DNA of 64,000 nt from Lytechinus pictus (taxonomy: Eukaryota). Position numbers and translations under genes: made by a program. The notes below the pieces were generated by a model. It saw nothing but the letters and a program-made list of their open reading frames with translations, was not told the origin of the DNA and made no database searches. Location of the stretch: positions 16,122,001-16,186,000 of the forward strand of contig NC_087251.1 of the NCBI RefSeq assembly GCF_037042905.1. The letters are read 5' to 3'. Numbering within the stretch: position 1 is the first letter of the stretch; each line of letters begins with the position of its first letter. This document shows, piece by piece, positions 1-13,581 of this stretch.

Positions 1-417
1 TTTTAAATAAATAAATTATGTGGCATGTCAAGGCTGCTAATCCCAATTTGCTAAATATTAAAAATATGAATAAATAACACCAGACAACAAAAGAAGAAAT
101 GGGATCAGCAAAAATCTGATCACACCTGATTACAACCATACATCTGTATATATGAAACATATGAATAACTTAAAGGCAGTTCATCGATTTAGTGAACGAA
201 GTTAATGTAAAAATCTTAATGTGTTATAGATAACAACTGTGAACAATCGATCAAACATCAATTTCAGTTGCTTGTTGTTGCTAATTTTATTTCATTTTAA
301 ATAGATTTATGAACCTCGTAAATAAATTTTAGAAAATCGGTATGTATCAATAAAAAAAATAATATATTATAGACAAAATATCGTCTTATAAACAAAGCTT
401 GAATTGACACCTTTAAT

Positions 418-815
418 GGGCGATTCCATACGTGTCGTATGGGACATTTTGACAACAATTTCTAGTTTCCTAGCCGAATGCTTGAGCAATAAAATATTAT
501 TTTTTGTCAATGATAAAGCTATAGTGGGTAGTCATGTGAAAAACTAATAACCAACACAAAAAAAATTGATTATGAGTATATTATAGGTGAAATGTTGTGT
601 GTCGTACGGGACGCAGAAATGTCCCGTACGACACGCAACATTTTAAGCTGTAATTTACCTATGGACAACATATTTTTGTTGGTTGTCAGATTTTTGCATG
701 TCTACCCAATAGTACTTTAATATTACCACAAAACAAATTGAAGTTCTTCGTTCGTTTGGACAGCAGGTTGAAAAATGATGTGAAAATGGCTGATTTTTCT
801 AGCATGGAACCGCCC
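418..815. mobile_element. Non-autonomous DNA transposon (MITE), 4-bp TSD, Sola2-like termini
   Basis: TIR GGGCGATTCCATAC vs GGGCGGTTCCATGC (rc), flanked by TAAT on both sides. Internal palindrome gtcgtacgggac...gtcccgtacgac. Superfamily call is inferred from the GRG ends and 4-bp TSD. Confidence 0.7.
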
Positions 816-1179
816 TAATGATAATTGATCATGCAACGAGCATATGTGGGCAAAGCATATGTGGAAAATAAATGACCTTGTACATAATTAGAGTCAGACA
901 AATAGGTATACGACATAAAGAGAATGAGAGCGTAGATCTCGGACAGATGCATTCACGAGAAAGTTCTTTATTCAAATTCTAATTCGACAAAAATAGCAAA
1001 TCCAATATTATTTGCAACATGATTATGAAATAAAACCAGTCTTGCGCGCATGATTTCTGAACTTTAATCAATCATTCGTTTTTTAAGGTTGGAATTGTTG
1101 ATGAGGCCGAAGGTCCACGAGGTCGATTTTTAAGTGCGTTTGACTATATACATCAAAAGATGTTCCGCTATTGAAAATA

Positions 1180-1398
1180 CATTCTTAAAACGAATCAGTC
1201 AAATTGACTATAGACCAGTAGTCAGTTGGGTACAACTGATATGGCAATCACTGATAGTCACATTTCTGACATAATTATATTCTAGTCAGAAATAACTCTT
1301 AGTAAAATATGACTAGAAATATTAAAATATGACTCGGAATAACAGTTGCATCCAGCTGACCCAATTAACTAGTCATTTACTGATTTGTTTTTAGAGTG
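1180..1398. mobile_element. Palindromic MITE with CAC(T) termini, EnSpm/CACTA-like
   Basis: Left end CATTCTTAAAACGAATCAGTCAAATTGACTA vs rc of right end CACTCTAAAAACAAATCAGTAAATGACTA; 2-bp flanks TA/CA. Confidence 0.6.
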
Positions 1399-1478
1399 CA
1401 CGTTGAAGAAAACTATTAGAAATAACAGGCATATATATAGATTATATTCATAACAGTATTAAACCGATTGGGTGTTAA

Positions 1479-2220
1479 CGGTAAAATCCACGCCAGAATT
1501 TTTTTTGCTCGAATCAATAGAGAAAAATCAAACAAGAATACTGCTGAAAGTTTCATAAAAAAATTGATGTAAATAAGAAAGTTATGATATCTTAAAGTTT
1601 CGCTTATTTTTCACAAAGCAGTTCAGTGATATGCAAATGAGAGAGTCGACGATGTCCTTCACTCAATATTTATTTTGTTGTTTATTGTTTGAATTATACA
1701 ATATTTAATTTTTACTGATTTGACAGTATATTTATAAGGACCTACTTGACTGAAGCATCAAATGTTAAAACAATGGTAATTCCACATGTTCAGGGAGGAA
1801 GAAAATTTGTTTCACAGGAAAATGAGGAATTGAAATATTTCATATTTCATATAATTAAATACAAAAGAAATAGTGAGTGAGTGATGTCATCAGTCCCCCA
1901 TTTGCATACTGACCACGGTGCATATAACTGTTTTGTCTCCTTTGCTTTCAGAGTATACGCCTTATTCTTTAAACCTAAGATGTACATATTTTTATTTTTC
2001 ATAACAAACTAATTTTTGTATGAATTTATGTTAACGAAAAATGTAAAAAATTGTGAAATGGAAAAAAATGAAGGTTTATTTTAACTGAATTGAATTGAAA
2101 TTAAGCAAAACTTAAAAATTTCATTACTTTCTTATTTTACATCCGATTTTAGGACAATTTCAGTGTTATGCTTTTTTTTTCTTCATTCAAATCAACTTTT
2201 TGTTGGGGTGGACTTGTAAT
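1479..2220. mobile_element. Degenerate Kolobok-like MITE interrupted by a retroelement 3' fragment
   Basis: TTAA/TCAA flanks and degenerate TIR (..AATCCACGCCAGAA vs rc ACAAGTCCACCCCAACAA). Internal motifs are shared with 55212-55787. Confidence 0.55.
1938..2097 (+). mobile_element. LINE 3' end fragment with (TTGAA)n tail
   Basis: tttgtatgaatttatgtt...ttgtgaaatggaa...tgaattgaattga is shared with 13278-13376 and interrupts otherwise contiguous MITE sequence. Confidence 0.55.
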
Positions 2221-5200
2221 TCAAGTTTTTATTTCCTCGTGTATTTTCAAAAAGATATATAGGCTGCAGTTATAAAGAGACATACTCTTTTTCACAACCG
2301 TATCCCATTTTTAAAATTTATTTTTCTTTCTATGATAGTGAGTTTATATGATCCATTCATTGGGCATGTTGGGTCTATATATTTTACTACATTTCAGAAT
2401 CAGTTTACTCTAGCATGAGTTAAGATTTCAATGTAAATTTAAGCCATGAATGTCATTGCTAAACATAATGTACAACGTTCACTGTGCAGCAAAAGCTTTC
2501 CTGATTCTTGACAAATAATTGATTAATATTTGTTTAACATTCACCTACATGACTGATGTATGCTGATCTTTGACAATTCTATTAATCGAATCACAGAACA
2601 TGTCTCCTCCTTTTTTGCCTTTTTTTTCACCTTTCATTTTCATCATTTTGTGTCTCCTCTTCCATCTCCCGTCAAGCAAGGAATAAGTTTCCAAATATGA
2701 CGGGTGCTGGACTTCTAACCGAGCGAGTTGGGCATGACAAATCAGGCCTTTGCTTCAGCGCCGATCACCAATCAAAGACCGTCAATACCCTCGTCCAGCG
2801 ATCAGGGATCATTCCCCGGCAGTTGTTCAAATACGCCCGCCGATAGATGCGGGAGAAAGGCACCGAACGGGACGCGACTAAGTCAATCGTTTCGGCCGTA
2901 GCCTGTGCAAGGGCGGTGACGAAGGGCCGTAAAACTATCGAGAAAAGGCGAGGGCAGTCTGCGGCATCTGTGTGTGTATAGTACTTACCGAAATCGATAC
3001 AACCAGAATTGACGTGTAAATTGTGCAATGCTGCAGCCGCCTTCCCGCCTTTTTCTCACCCAACTCTTAAACGCATCCATCATGAAAGGAAAACGCCAAA
3101 GCGCGAAACCCGACGCCGTTTAGTTTGACGACACTAAAACCCCCGCTAATTCTCTAGATAGCTTTACGCAATCGAAATACTCAATACGCCTGCATTAATT
3201 TTTCTCCATCCCCCTTCTTTCTTCAAAGGTGTTCTAATGGTGTTGTTAGTACGGTAATCTACAACACATATTGGGTCATAGTTTTTGGTCGTTTGGCGCG
3301 TAAAATTCGCATGAATTTTTCATTTCCTGATGCAGACGTTCAGCTGGCCATTTTGGTTGATGATGAATTCGTTTCTTGAAGATGGTAATTGAAACTAGTA
3401 CTACACCGTTTGTCAATACACTTGGGATACGAGTAATGCGCTCATCTCAAATATGTCCATCTAAAGATTTACAGTCATGAAACCCGAAACAGGTAACCGT
3501 GATTCATTGTTTCTTTTCCATCTTCAGATTTTCGCTCATTTCATTTTCACCAAGCCGCGACGTGGATCAATAAAGCACAAGCACAAAAAGTTGAGAAGTT
3601 TTTTTTAACATTATGTTAATAAGGAAGAAGATTACTCAAACCTACTTCGTCATGAATAAAATCTTGATGGGAACTTTTTTTGTAAATAAATCCACTAAAA
3701 GTTAATATTGGAAGAGATTTGTTCCAAGCAGAGTTGATAAAATATTAAATTTGTTGTTTATCCCTCAAATTGTGTTATTTAAATAGAATTCATTTAAAAT
3801 ATAATAAAATCACGACTACAAGAGGTTCACTATACTTGGAAGTCATGATTGTCCAAAATTTTACATTAATAAACCTTCTTTAACATGTGATACGGTTCGA
3901 TCGTTCGGTAAAGAGTCTAGGATTTGCTCTTTATCTTATTTGTCTTGTATTTTTGATAACTTAGGTACTTTGCTATTTGTTTTAAGAACGTTGCAATGAT
4001 TTTTTGCACCCTTGTTAAAAAAATCTGGACAAGGATAAAAAGGTGCCCCAAACTGGATCCACCAATCACTGGTTCGGTAACACAAAATTCTGGTTACACG
4101 TACATGACTATATAACAAACCATTATCACCAATGAAATGTGAAACAATGAAACTTTGCAAGTTAAATGAGTAAACATGATAAAGAGCGAGTAAATTCACG
4201 TGAATATCTAAGTTGTCAGTTGCCATGTATGTATCTTAAAATTATCAATAAAAAATAATCTAACATTCTGAAATAAACGGAATATGAATTTCCACAGAAC
4301 GGATTCAGCATTTACGCGGGATCCATCTACGATTGCTTGTGATGTGACGCCAAGTGATTATCATTTGCATGTATGGTAATAGCATTTTGCTTAAGGGCCG
4401 CCATTTTGTATTGTATTTTCCTCAATACTAAACGGCTTAAGGGCTTTGATAATTATGTTAGACTCTTGTATATTTCAAACGATGTTTCAAAGAAAATGAA
4501 AAAAGGGATAGCAGTACGTTTTCATGATAGATGCAAAACAAAATAAAAAACCGGCAAGTTTACGAAGTTTTCCAGTTTCGAAAGTAAACTACAAAATCGT
4601 CCTTTTATATTAAGCGCTATATTATAGCGGAAGTTATTAAAATATAACGTTCTTTGATAAATCAGTAAAATGAAGTAACACTAATAAAAACTGTTCAAAC
4701 AGTTGTCATTCTCCCTGATTACAATAAGAAAAATATTGTTTTGGTGAAAAGGTTACTTATTTTATTAAAAAGTTTTCAACATCTCCTATGTTGAAATATG
4801 TCATGATCATAATATATTAGACCTATTCCTGCTGTGAGTGGGTGCCTATAAGATATTATAAGATGTCTAAATGGGGTGTTATCGAATGATTGGTTGAAAG
4901 CGAACACGTGATAGGGCATTTCTTTTGCCAAGTATATCGAACTTTATTCATGACCGGTATAATGATGGTCCTACGTCATTTTTTGGCATCGCATTATAAT
5001 AGTCTAAACACCATTGGCTCTGCATCTGGCATGTTAAGGTCACTGTTCAACAGATTTCATTATTTTCGCTAAATGTATTGAATACATATGAAAAATGGAT
5101 GATGATGATTAAGTCATCCAAGTATTGTTAAGAATGTAGCGTGATATTGTAGTTTTTTTGTTTTTGTTTGAGCTTGTGATGGATTACTGATATATAAAAA

Positions 5201-5666
5201 CTCAGCGAATACTCTTAATGGGGAAATAAAATCAAAAGAAACGGAGATTGATCCGATTAGCCGAATGATATAAGAGTTTGGACCTATTCATATTATTAAA
5301 GGAGATGGGATGTAAAGAGGGGAGGGGGGGGGGGATCAAAGAAAAAAAAGGAAGGAAAAAATGTGAGGAGTGGTAAATGTAGGTAGATCGCCTGATCAAA
5401 CGATGTTCTTCAGTGGAGGGGCCTCTCGAGTCAGCTGATAAAATGAAGTAAATACGACGGGCTAGCTACGGAAACCTGAGATGGCTCTTCTCTTACCAAT
5501 GGTCTCAATCATACACCGCACACACACACTCATCCAATCTCTCACACTCACCTACATTCACCCACTCTCACGCACTCACACACAATCATAACCAGCTTGA
5601 TATACCCTCTGATATCCCCGTTTATGCGCCAACAAAAAAAACATTAAAAAAATGCATGTGCAACAT

Positions 5667-6021
5667 CAGGCGCTCTCATACAACACACAAGCACATACGT
5701 TTTCCTTTCAATAATTCATCTTTATAAAATTTCATTTTGTATAATGAATTACTTTCATCTTTCTCGGAGTTTTTTTTTCAACCTTGACCAAATCTAAACT
5801 TTGTTTTGAGCTATCCGCATTTATACTATTCTCTTATTCTCTACATTATTTGCAGGCGCTCTCATACAACACACAAGCACATACTTTTTCCTTTCAATAA
5901 TTCATCTTTATAAAATTTCATTTTGTATAATGAATTACTTTCATCTTTCTCGGAGTTTTTTTTTTCAACCTTAACCAAATCTAAACTTTGTTTTGAGCTA
6001 TCCGCATTTATATTATTCTCT
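5667..6021. repeat. Local tandem duplication, two ~168-bp near-identical copies (5667-5834, 5853-6021)
   Basis: Both copies begin caggcgctctcatacaacacacaagcacatac and end ttta ta[c/t]tattctct. Confidence 0.95.
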
Positions 6022-9000
6022 AAATTGACTTCAGATCCTTTTTATGTTTGATTTTATTTATTTATTTCCACATTCCAATAACAAAAGTATTTACAAGTTT
6101 AATCATTGTTTTTCTCAGCATAACATAACAATGAACAAATGACACAATGAATAACATAATGCATACATACATTTTAACATTCTAATTGAAATATAATCAC
6201 ACCTGATAAATTTCTTCTTTAAGTTATTGAAACATACAGCAAAAAAATATATATATATGCATAATATATATCGACATAATTCATTTTTAAATGTGGGAGA
6301 CCTCTATCTTAAGCTTATAACTTGAAAATGATGGAAGCCTCGAAATGAGTTCTTCCTATATGCGGAATTCATCCATTCTATTATGATCCATGTCCATCTA
6401 TCTATCCATATTTTCTGAATTTAACTACACATCCTCACAAACTTTCTTATTAACTTAACAAATTTGAAAGCAAGAACAACAGCAAAATATTGCTAAACTT
6501 ACACATTATTATACTTACGTTATGCCCCTTTATGAATGGCGATCATCTTTTCGTTTTATAAACATAAAAGTGATTATAATCTCATTATGACTAACGACCC
6601 TTTTCTGAAATTATAATTTATGGTCCTTGTCAATGATCTTATTAATTTCATTCGATATCATATAAGCAAGTACATATATATGATAATAACATGAATAATA
6701 TATTATTCGCAGTGATAATAATCAATCTTTTAAAAATAAAATTACTATTGAACTTGACTGCTGCAATTTGTCAAACTGATGCACTTCCGTTTTAAAACTT
6801 CCCCATGCATATACGACTACCGGACTACAATAAAAAGACTTCTCTTAATTTTACAAATAATCTGGTATATATCAAAGTAACTGGAGAGTGACCATTCTTA
6901 AACTAAGTTCGTCTCGACGTTTAGTATGTAATGTGATAGGGCCTACTGTTTCAAACATCGACCTCCATTACCTAATATTAGAACTTATTTCTATTGTTGT
7001 TGCTGTTAATTAATGGCGCTATCCGTCAAAATAATTTGACGATTTATCCCATACTTTGTGTGAGAGGGCGTCTTGCTCTCCGAGAGAGTAGTACGAGAGA
7101 GCAATTGTCCTATATTCTGGTGTCTCCTCATCGACCCCCTATGTCATATGTTCCACACGACACAGCTTTAAAAAATGATTTGCTCAAAATATTCGCGCGA
7201 AATCGCTCACCAATCTGAGGAAGAAAACTTTGATGCACAGGCTTGATATCTTGAATGAATGGGTTGCGCCAAATTATGATCGTAGATGCATCAAGATTGT
7301 CAGTGTCTATACTTATCATGGCATTGTTAACCTGCAAACCATTTTGGTAAACGATTTTTAAAAATATTATGTTGTTAGATCATTTATTACGGAGTACTTT
7401 CCAAAGTAAATGGCCTTTGCTTTTCTTTCTTTGTGAAAATCAAACTCTTCTATGTATTGTCCTGGATTGTAATTTCTTCATCATTCTCTGTCATGACAGT
7501 AGTTTACTTACAATAGTCTATGTAAGGTGTACCTTTTTCGTCCCATATTGAGACAACCGAATAATAAGGAAGACATCGTCAGCGAAAGCTATGGTATTTT
7601 TTTTCCTTCAAATTTGTCGATGTCCCCCCAAGCGCCAGCCTAATGGCACTCGAAGTCTCTCGTCCGCTCTCTGCATTTGAATAAGTAATGAGTGTTTGAC
7701 TCAGAGGTCCCAACCGCCTCCGAGTCTAGAGGCCCTACAGTTACCGGTCTAGTAGTCCCGTAGGTACCCTCACGTCTTCCCCTAAAAAACTCCCCGCAAC
7801 TCTGAACAAATTCGCATTTTTTTCATCAGCTTTATTTCTCTCATCCCCCTTGCTCATCGTTCTTGACCCTGTGCTATCTAAACGTTTGTGAATAACCTCA
7901 GTGGATACTGTCCTGATAGGTTATAACCATAAAAAGAAGAATGCAGAATTTTAGAGATGGAATACCGATTGAATACATTCTGGCATGCATAGTTAATAAA
8001 CTGAAGTTGTTTTTATACGGCGGAGATGCCCACCGCGCATACAAAATGACGAAAGATGGAGGCCTCCAACCTCCCTCGAACGTGGCGTATCGCTGCATTT
8101 CCCATGCAGGTGTGCCGTCGTACTTTTTCAGGAGAGATAGAATGGGTATACCTGAGGGATTTTGGCTGTCTATGGCAAGGATGCTTGATTCTCTGCATGA
8201 CATTTTGGGCCCTACATCAACAGACTACTGGTGGAGAGCATTAAGTGAAAAGCTTCTAGACCTCTTACTGTGATTTAAACAGCGAGAGTCTTGAATAAGA
8301 CGAGTCCCTTCAGAGTGAAGGAATGACAACTTGAATAAACTCTCCAAGAAGTGTGTACTCTTCACTTAGACTTGACCTGATACCGTCACAAGAAAACGAG
8401 AAATTCAATTTATTCTCGAAAAGGAGCACTTTTCTAAATAATGAAAACATAGTACGCTTTTTAAATACTATGAAAAATACATCAAAAACATATTCCGCTT
8501 AAGACCAATGTTTCGAACAATATAGAAGCGAGTGAGAGAATATTCATAATTTCACAATAATCCTCTCGACGAACTCCTCATTTGAAAACCTATTTCGTTT
8601 TTCCCCCTTTTTTACGAAATGAAAAACCAAAATAAGCACCAAACCCTTTAATATCAGTGAATAATACATCCAACAGAAAACCATCAAAACTAAACTCGGT
8701 CGCTTCGGTTTCTCCAGTTCATCGCTTGTATTTGCATTATTCCTGTCAATTCCTAGACAATTATTTTCAAGAGTATTTCGTATGTGTCATTTTTTGTACA
8801 TTGCAGGTGTGATTTTAGTAGAGTTGTATCATTTTTTTGCTGATTTTTTCTTTTAAGTCTCAACACATAACGATCTTTAATGAGTATCAATTAATCATGT
8901 TTGTCTCATATACTTGGACCCTGAATATTCATCTTTTTATCGGTTGGTGTTTTGTTCATTCTGTAATAAATAAAGAAAGAAATTAATTAATACATAAACT

Positions 9001-11229
9001 TATCTCCATAGGTGACCAGCCACCCCAAAAAACAACAATAAATCACCATGGAAGGTTCTCTGTAAATTGTGGAAATAGTATCTTGGTCTCTAAAATTGAA
9101 TATTAGAAAATTAGCATTTCTGAAAGAGCAATTCTTCTTCTTTATTCTGTAAACATTTGAAGTTCTGAAGTTGGATTAAAAAAAATGATACAAGAGTTAC
9201 TTCGATATATTTTTCGGACTGCTTGGAAGTTTCACCGAGATAGCGAACTGTTCACAACTCATGCTATAAGTGAACCCTGAACTTCTATCTTTATTTTGTT
9301 TTTACTCTCGTTGAATTTCTTCGGCATTCGATTCAAGTTATCCTTGATCAATTTTTCAATTATGGCAAGTTATATTTTGCAGCTTAGGAAGTGCTCTTTT
9401 AAGTTAAATAAAAAATTCAATATTCATTTAGGGCAAGTTATTGTTGGCTTCGGGGTGGTAGGTCACATATCACTTGAATATTTTACCGTAGCAGAAAGCA
9501 TTTCTTTTTACTTATGTGACATCATATAAATCCGTTCTATTTTTCATATAATCACCAAAAAAATATACTATTGTTTTACCAACTGGAAACAAGTTTTAAA
9601 AATGAAGAGGGCATTCTGTGTTAAAAATCACAGTGATGGAGCGACAAAGTAAAGTTGCGTTTGCATGGGTGTGTTTTGGATGTGTTTGAGTATAGGTGGG
9701 TGTGTGTGGGTGAACATGAGTCAGATTGTGAGTTTCTTCGATTCGTAAAATATCAGTTCTCTATGTCAGAAATCTTAGATTTACAAAGATCGCTTAATGT
9801 TAATGAAACACATAGCTAATTTGCTACCCCGATCTTCATGTAAAATGGAGGTCGAAGACGATGTAATCTTGAACAGACTGCCGCTAAGTAAGGTAAGCCA
9901 GACAGAATGAGGAATAGTATTTACTCACAGTCCCCAGAAACACTAACTTTCCAATACAATATCTTGCTAGTTTCAAAATAAAGGCCCACTATTTTTATTT
10001 CTTATAAACAACGCTTATCAATACGTTTTCACTTCAAATCAGTAATTTGTAATACATTTTTTAATTGTCTACATTTTGAATTAAAAAGGCCGAGTCCCTG
10101 GGAATAGAGTTTTTTTTTTCTTCATTATTTTGGTATATACTTCAGAGATAACTAATACAAAATGTGACCTTTTTGTTGATATTTTAAAACATAAATGAAT
10201 CCTTTGAAAGGATGAACATGGAGAAGAATAGTCGAAATAAAGAAAATCAGATTCTTTCCCTTTTTTGGTTAAGGGGGGGGGGGTGTAACCTGTTAATTAT
10301 CAACAAATTTCAGTATGGTTCGTGTTAGCCTGTCTATTACATGGGTCATAATAAATGGGTCTATGGGAATATCTTCTCAAATAACACGCGTTAATAGAAA
10401 ATGAATATGCTCGCGCGAATTGCTCACTTGCTCATTACGACGTACTTACGAGTACCTTATCTTGTGAAGTTCATACACGCCACGCGACAACATGCAAGTC
10501 GAGTGATAAACTGAGATTCCGGGTAATTTTAGGGCTAACGTGTCTCCTCTTAAATTATACGTATACCACCAAGGAAAGCGGTATGCATTACGCGATGAAT
10601 TTAATTAAAGAGATGAAAGAGGATTTCTTTTTAGTCAATCGGAAAGCATCGATAATTTTCCCATCAGTATAATCTTAATGTATAGTTTTTGTATCTAACA
10701 CTGGTGTAAATCCCAAGAGGGGGGGGGGGGTAGGAATATATTCTCCCCACTTTTCGGAGAGGGTGATGCAATCTCATCTTCCAACAACTAGATATTTACA
10801 TAGATATAATCCTAACAAATAAACGACTGCTAAGTCACTTCGCTCGCTCGCACATGAACCCAACTTTAATCAGTACTTTCTGTCATTCATTTTAATTAGA
10901 ACTGACATACGTAAAATTAAATTTAAAAAAATATTAACTTATATCGGCATTGTTTCCCTGCTCTCTCAACATGGTCTAACAATGGGTGATAAAGTGGGTC
11001 TATTCTCCGTTCGACGCGATTACCTGGGTTGTTTCGAACATTTGGAAAAGGGCAAATCTTATATGTCTATTTATCTGACCTCCTGATAAAAAGTGTTGTT
11101 TGCATGGGCTTGGTGTGAAGTGGATGTGATAGGTAGGCCTATATGATTTGCTTTGCTCAACTTTTATTGAAGAATTCGAATTAAATGTGTTAAATATCAC
11201 CGTGACATATTAAGCAAATTCAGATTATG

Positions 11230-11890
11230 TTCTTATTATTGAATGGTTTATTCAAAATATATATTGAAAATAGCAACCAAACGGCTGAATTAAATTTAGT
11301 TTACAAATGGTACTGTATAATGTATATACAGATATATAAAAAAAATATATATAGCTTCAAATAAAATAGGCAAATATAAAAATGAAATTGTTATACAAAA
11401 TGATTATACATATATGAAATTGATGGGAATATACCCAGCGTATGACAAGCAGGCCTCAGAGGTAGGACAGAGTAGCGAGAATATGTTAGAAAAAGACTGT
11501 GAACTAAGAAAAAGGGAGGGAGGCAGGAACAAAGTAAAAAGGATGGGTATTTAACTGTAGATGGAAAAATAATTATCGGAAAAGGTCATTATAATGCTAC
11601 AAATGGTAAATTAAGATAGAAACACATTAGATTGTGATACATGTTTTGAAGTTAGTGCTACTAAAGAAATTCGGAGCAGTTAAACAATTTACGGAAAATG
11701 AAATCTATAGAGTAACATTATTGGCATTGTTTTGACATTTAGAGACATGGCATTCAAGGTGATTTTCATGTATCAAATAAGTATGAAATTATCCATTTAG
11801 GTATATAAATAATATGATAATGATTATAAATGTGTTATTGTTTAAAACATATTCACACTAATGTAAGGCTGGTACTTAAAATTCTCCGTT
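11230..11890 (-). mobile_element. Possible highly degenerate LINE (L1/Tx1-like) 3' remnant
   Basis: Minus-strand AATAAA-type end near 11245, and decayed reading resembling an ORF2 C-terminus (HLECHVSKC...). Weak. Confidence 0.3.
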
Positions 11891-12640
11891 TCAAATATTT
11901 TTTTGTTTAAAAGAAGATAATTAAATGTTTTCACATTATAGTGAAGTCTTGCAATAAATGAACTTTAACTTCATTTGCCAATATTCAAATGCACATACAG
12001 GGAGGGGGCATAGCGGTCGCATCACCTCCTATTGACGGTGCAAAGAAAAGGGGCGAAAGTGAGTTAAACAATGAAAAGCAAATAGAAAAAAAAAAGGACA
12101 GAAAAAAGGAAAGTGAGAAAAAAAGGAAAGAAAAATAAGAGTAGGGAAAAAAGAAGGCTAAAATAAGGGGTAAGACATTGCAAATAAACTTCCATGCAGG
12201 TCACAAGATCAGAATAAAAAAAAACTTTCCGTGCTTCGTATTAGCATTTCGTGTTTAATGATAAGCATTTCCAGTTCATAACGTTTACAACGTCCCGTTT
12301 CCAAGAAAAATACACAAATATTTCAGCTCGAGCTCCGCGCTTTCATTAAACTGTTTGCGCATAATGTTTGCATTGATCTAGGACTAGGTTTATACCTGAT
12401 GTTGTAACAGTTTTAAAAAGATATTTAAACATCAGTATTTTTTACTGCATCCTCTTGTCCTGGCTTTCGCTGTTTAAGCAATCGGTACAATGTGGGTAAC
12501 TTTTTACCCTCCCCCTTAGATAGATTTCTGGATCCGCCCTTGGTCTTCGTGAAACACTGTCTTTGGAAAATACTCCACTGTCTGTATGCTTTAGCGCCCT
12601 CTTGTGAGCTAAAGGAGAACTATCTTTCAGCAATTGTTAA

Positions 12641-13130
12641 ATGGAAGTTCACCCTGACAAAAAGTTTATCGTTAAAATAGCAGAAAAAACGATAAAAAAA
12701 TATTGCCGAAGGTTGAAGAAAAATCCATCGAAGAATAAAGAAGTTATTAGAATTTTAATTATTTGATTTTTGACGTTATATGCGAGCAGCTTTCTTACAT
12801 ATAGTATGGTAAAATATCAATGAAATATAATTTCCCTGAAAATTGAAAATGGTTTTTGCTGTTCCTTCAGTATATCAATAGGCAAACCGTTTTACACTCG
12901 TCCCTATAAAGAAAAAAAGTCATCACGAAACCATTTAAAAATTAAAATCTATGCACTTAATATTACATAGCAAATAGGGCAGAGCTGCTCATTTATGGCG
13001 TCACAAATCCAAAACTGAAAGTTCTAATGATTTTTTAAAATCTTTAATGGATTTTCTTCAAACCTTCATTCACCAATATATTTTTTCGGCTATTTTTACA
13101 ACAACATTTTCTTCAGGGTGAACTTCTCCT
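12641..13130. mobile_element. Kolobok-like MITE (TTAA target)
   Basis: TIR A-TGGAAGTTCACCCTGACAAAAAG vs rc AGGAGAAGTTCACCCTGAAGAAAATG, flanked by TTAA/TTAG. Extended internal inverted similarity. Confidence 0.8.
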
Positions 13131-13229
13131 TTAGTTCATTGGTCACTTTTATCGTAAATTTAACCCCTAAATATCGGGTCTTGAAAATCAATTTTATTTT
13201 AACTGCGCCTCTATCATATAGAGAGATCA

Positions 13230-13376
13230 TAATTATATTCTTCACGTACGTATTCATATTTACATGTAGATATTTATGTACTTAATGACAAAGTGGTATT
13301 TGTATGAATTCATGTTTACAAAAACCAAGAGATTTGTGAAATGGAATAGAATAAATGTTAATTTGAATTGAATTGA
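13230..13376 (+). mobile_element. LINE 3' end fragment with AATAAA and (TTGAA)n tail
   Basis: Similar to 2015-2097; ends aataaatgttaatttgaattgaattga. Confidence 0.5.
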
Positions 13377-13581
13377 TATTACAGATATATACATACTATA
13401 TGAGAACCTTGGTTCACTTCAATTCATTTATTTTCAATTCCGATAAAAAGAAATGTACTGAGAAATATGAAAAACATCATGAAAACATAAAATAATTGGT
13501 GTCAATATTTTACTTCCAGCACTAAGTTGTTCATATAAAAAGTATCGAATAAAAGTGGGAATGAAAAACTTTTCTTGTCTT

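Noticed and set aside
3936..4226. 96-aa minus-strand ORF as a LINE reverse transcriptase remnant
   Set aside because: Resemblance too faint to support by eye.
7941..8273. 110-aa ORF as a protein-coding gene
   Set aside because: No recognisable domain or clear splice context; kept only as a candidate regulatory or lncRNA block.
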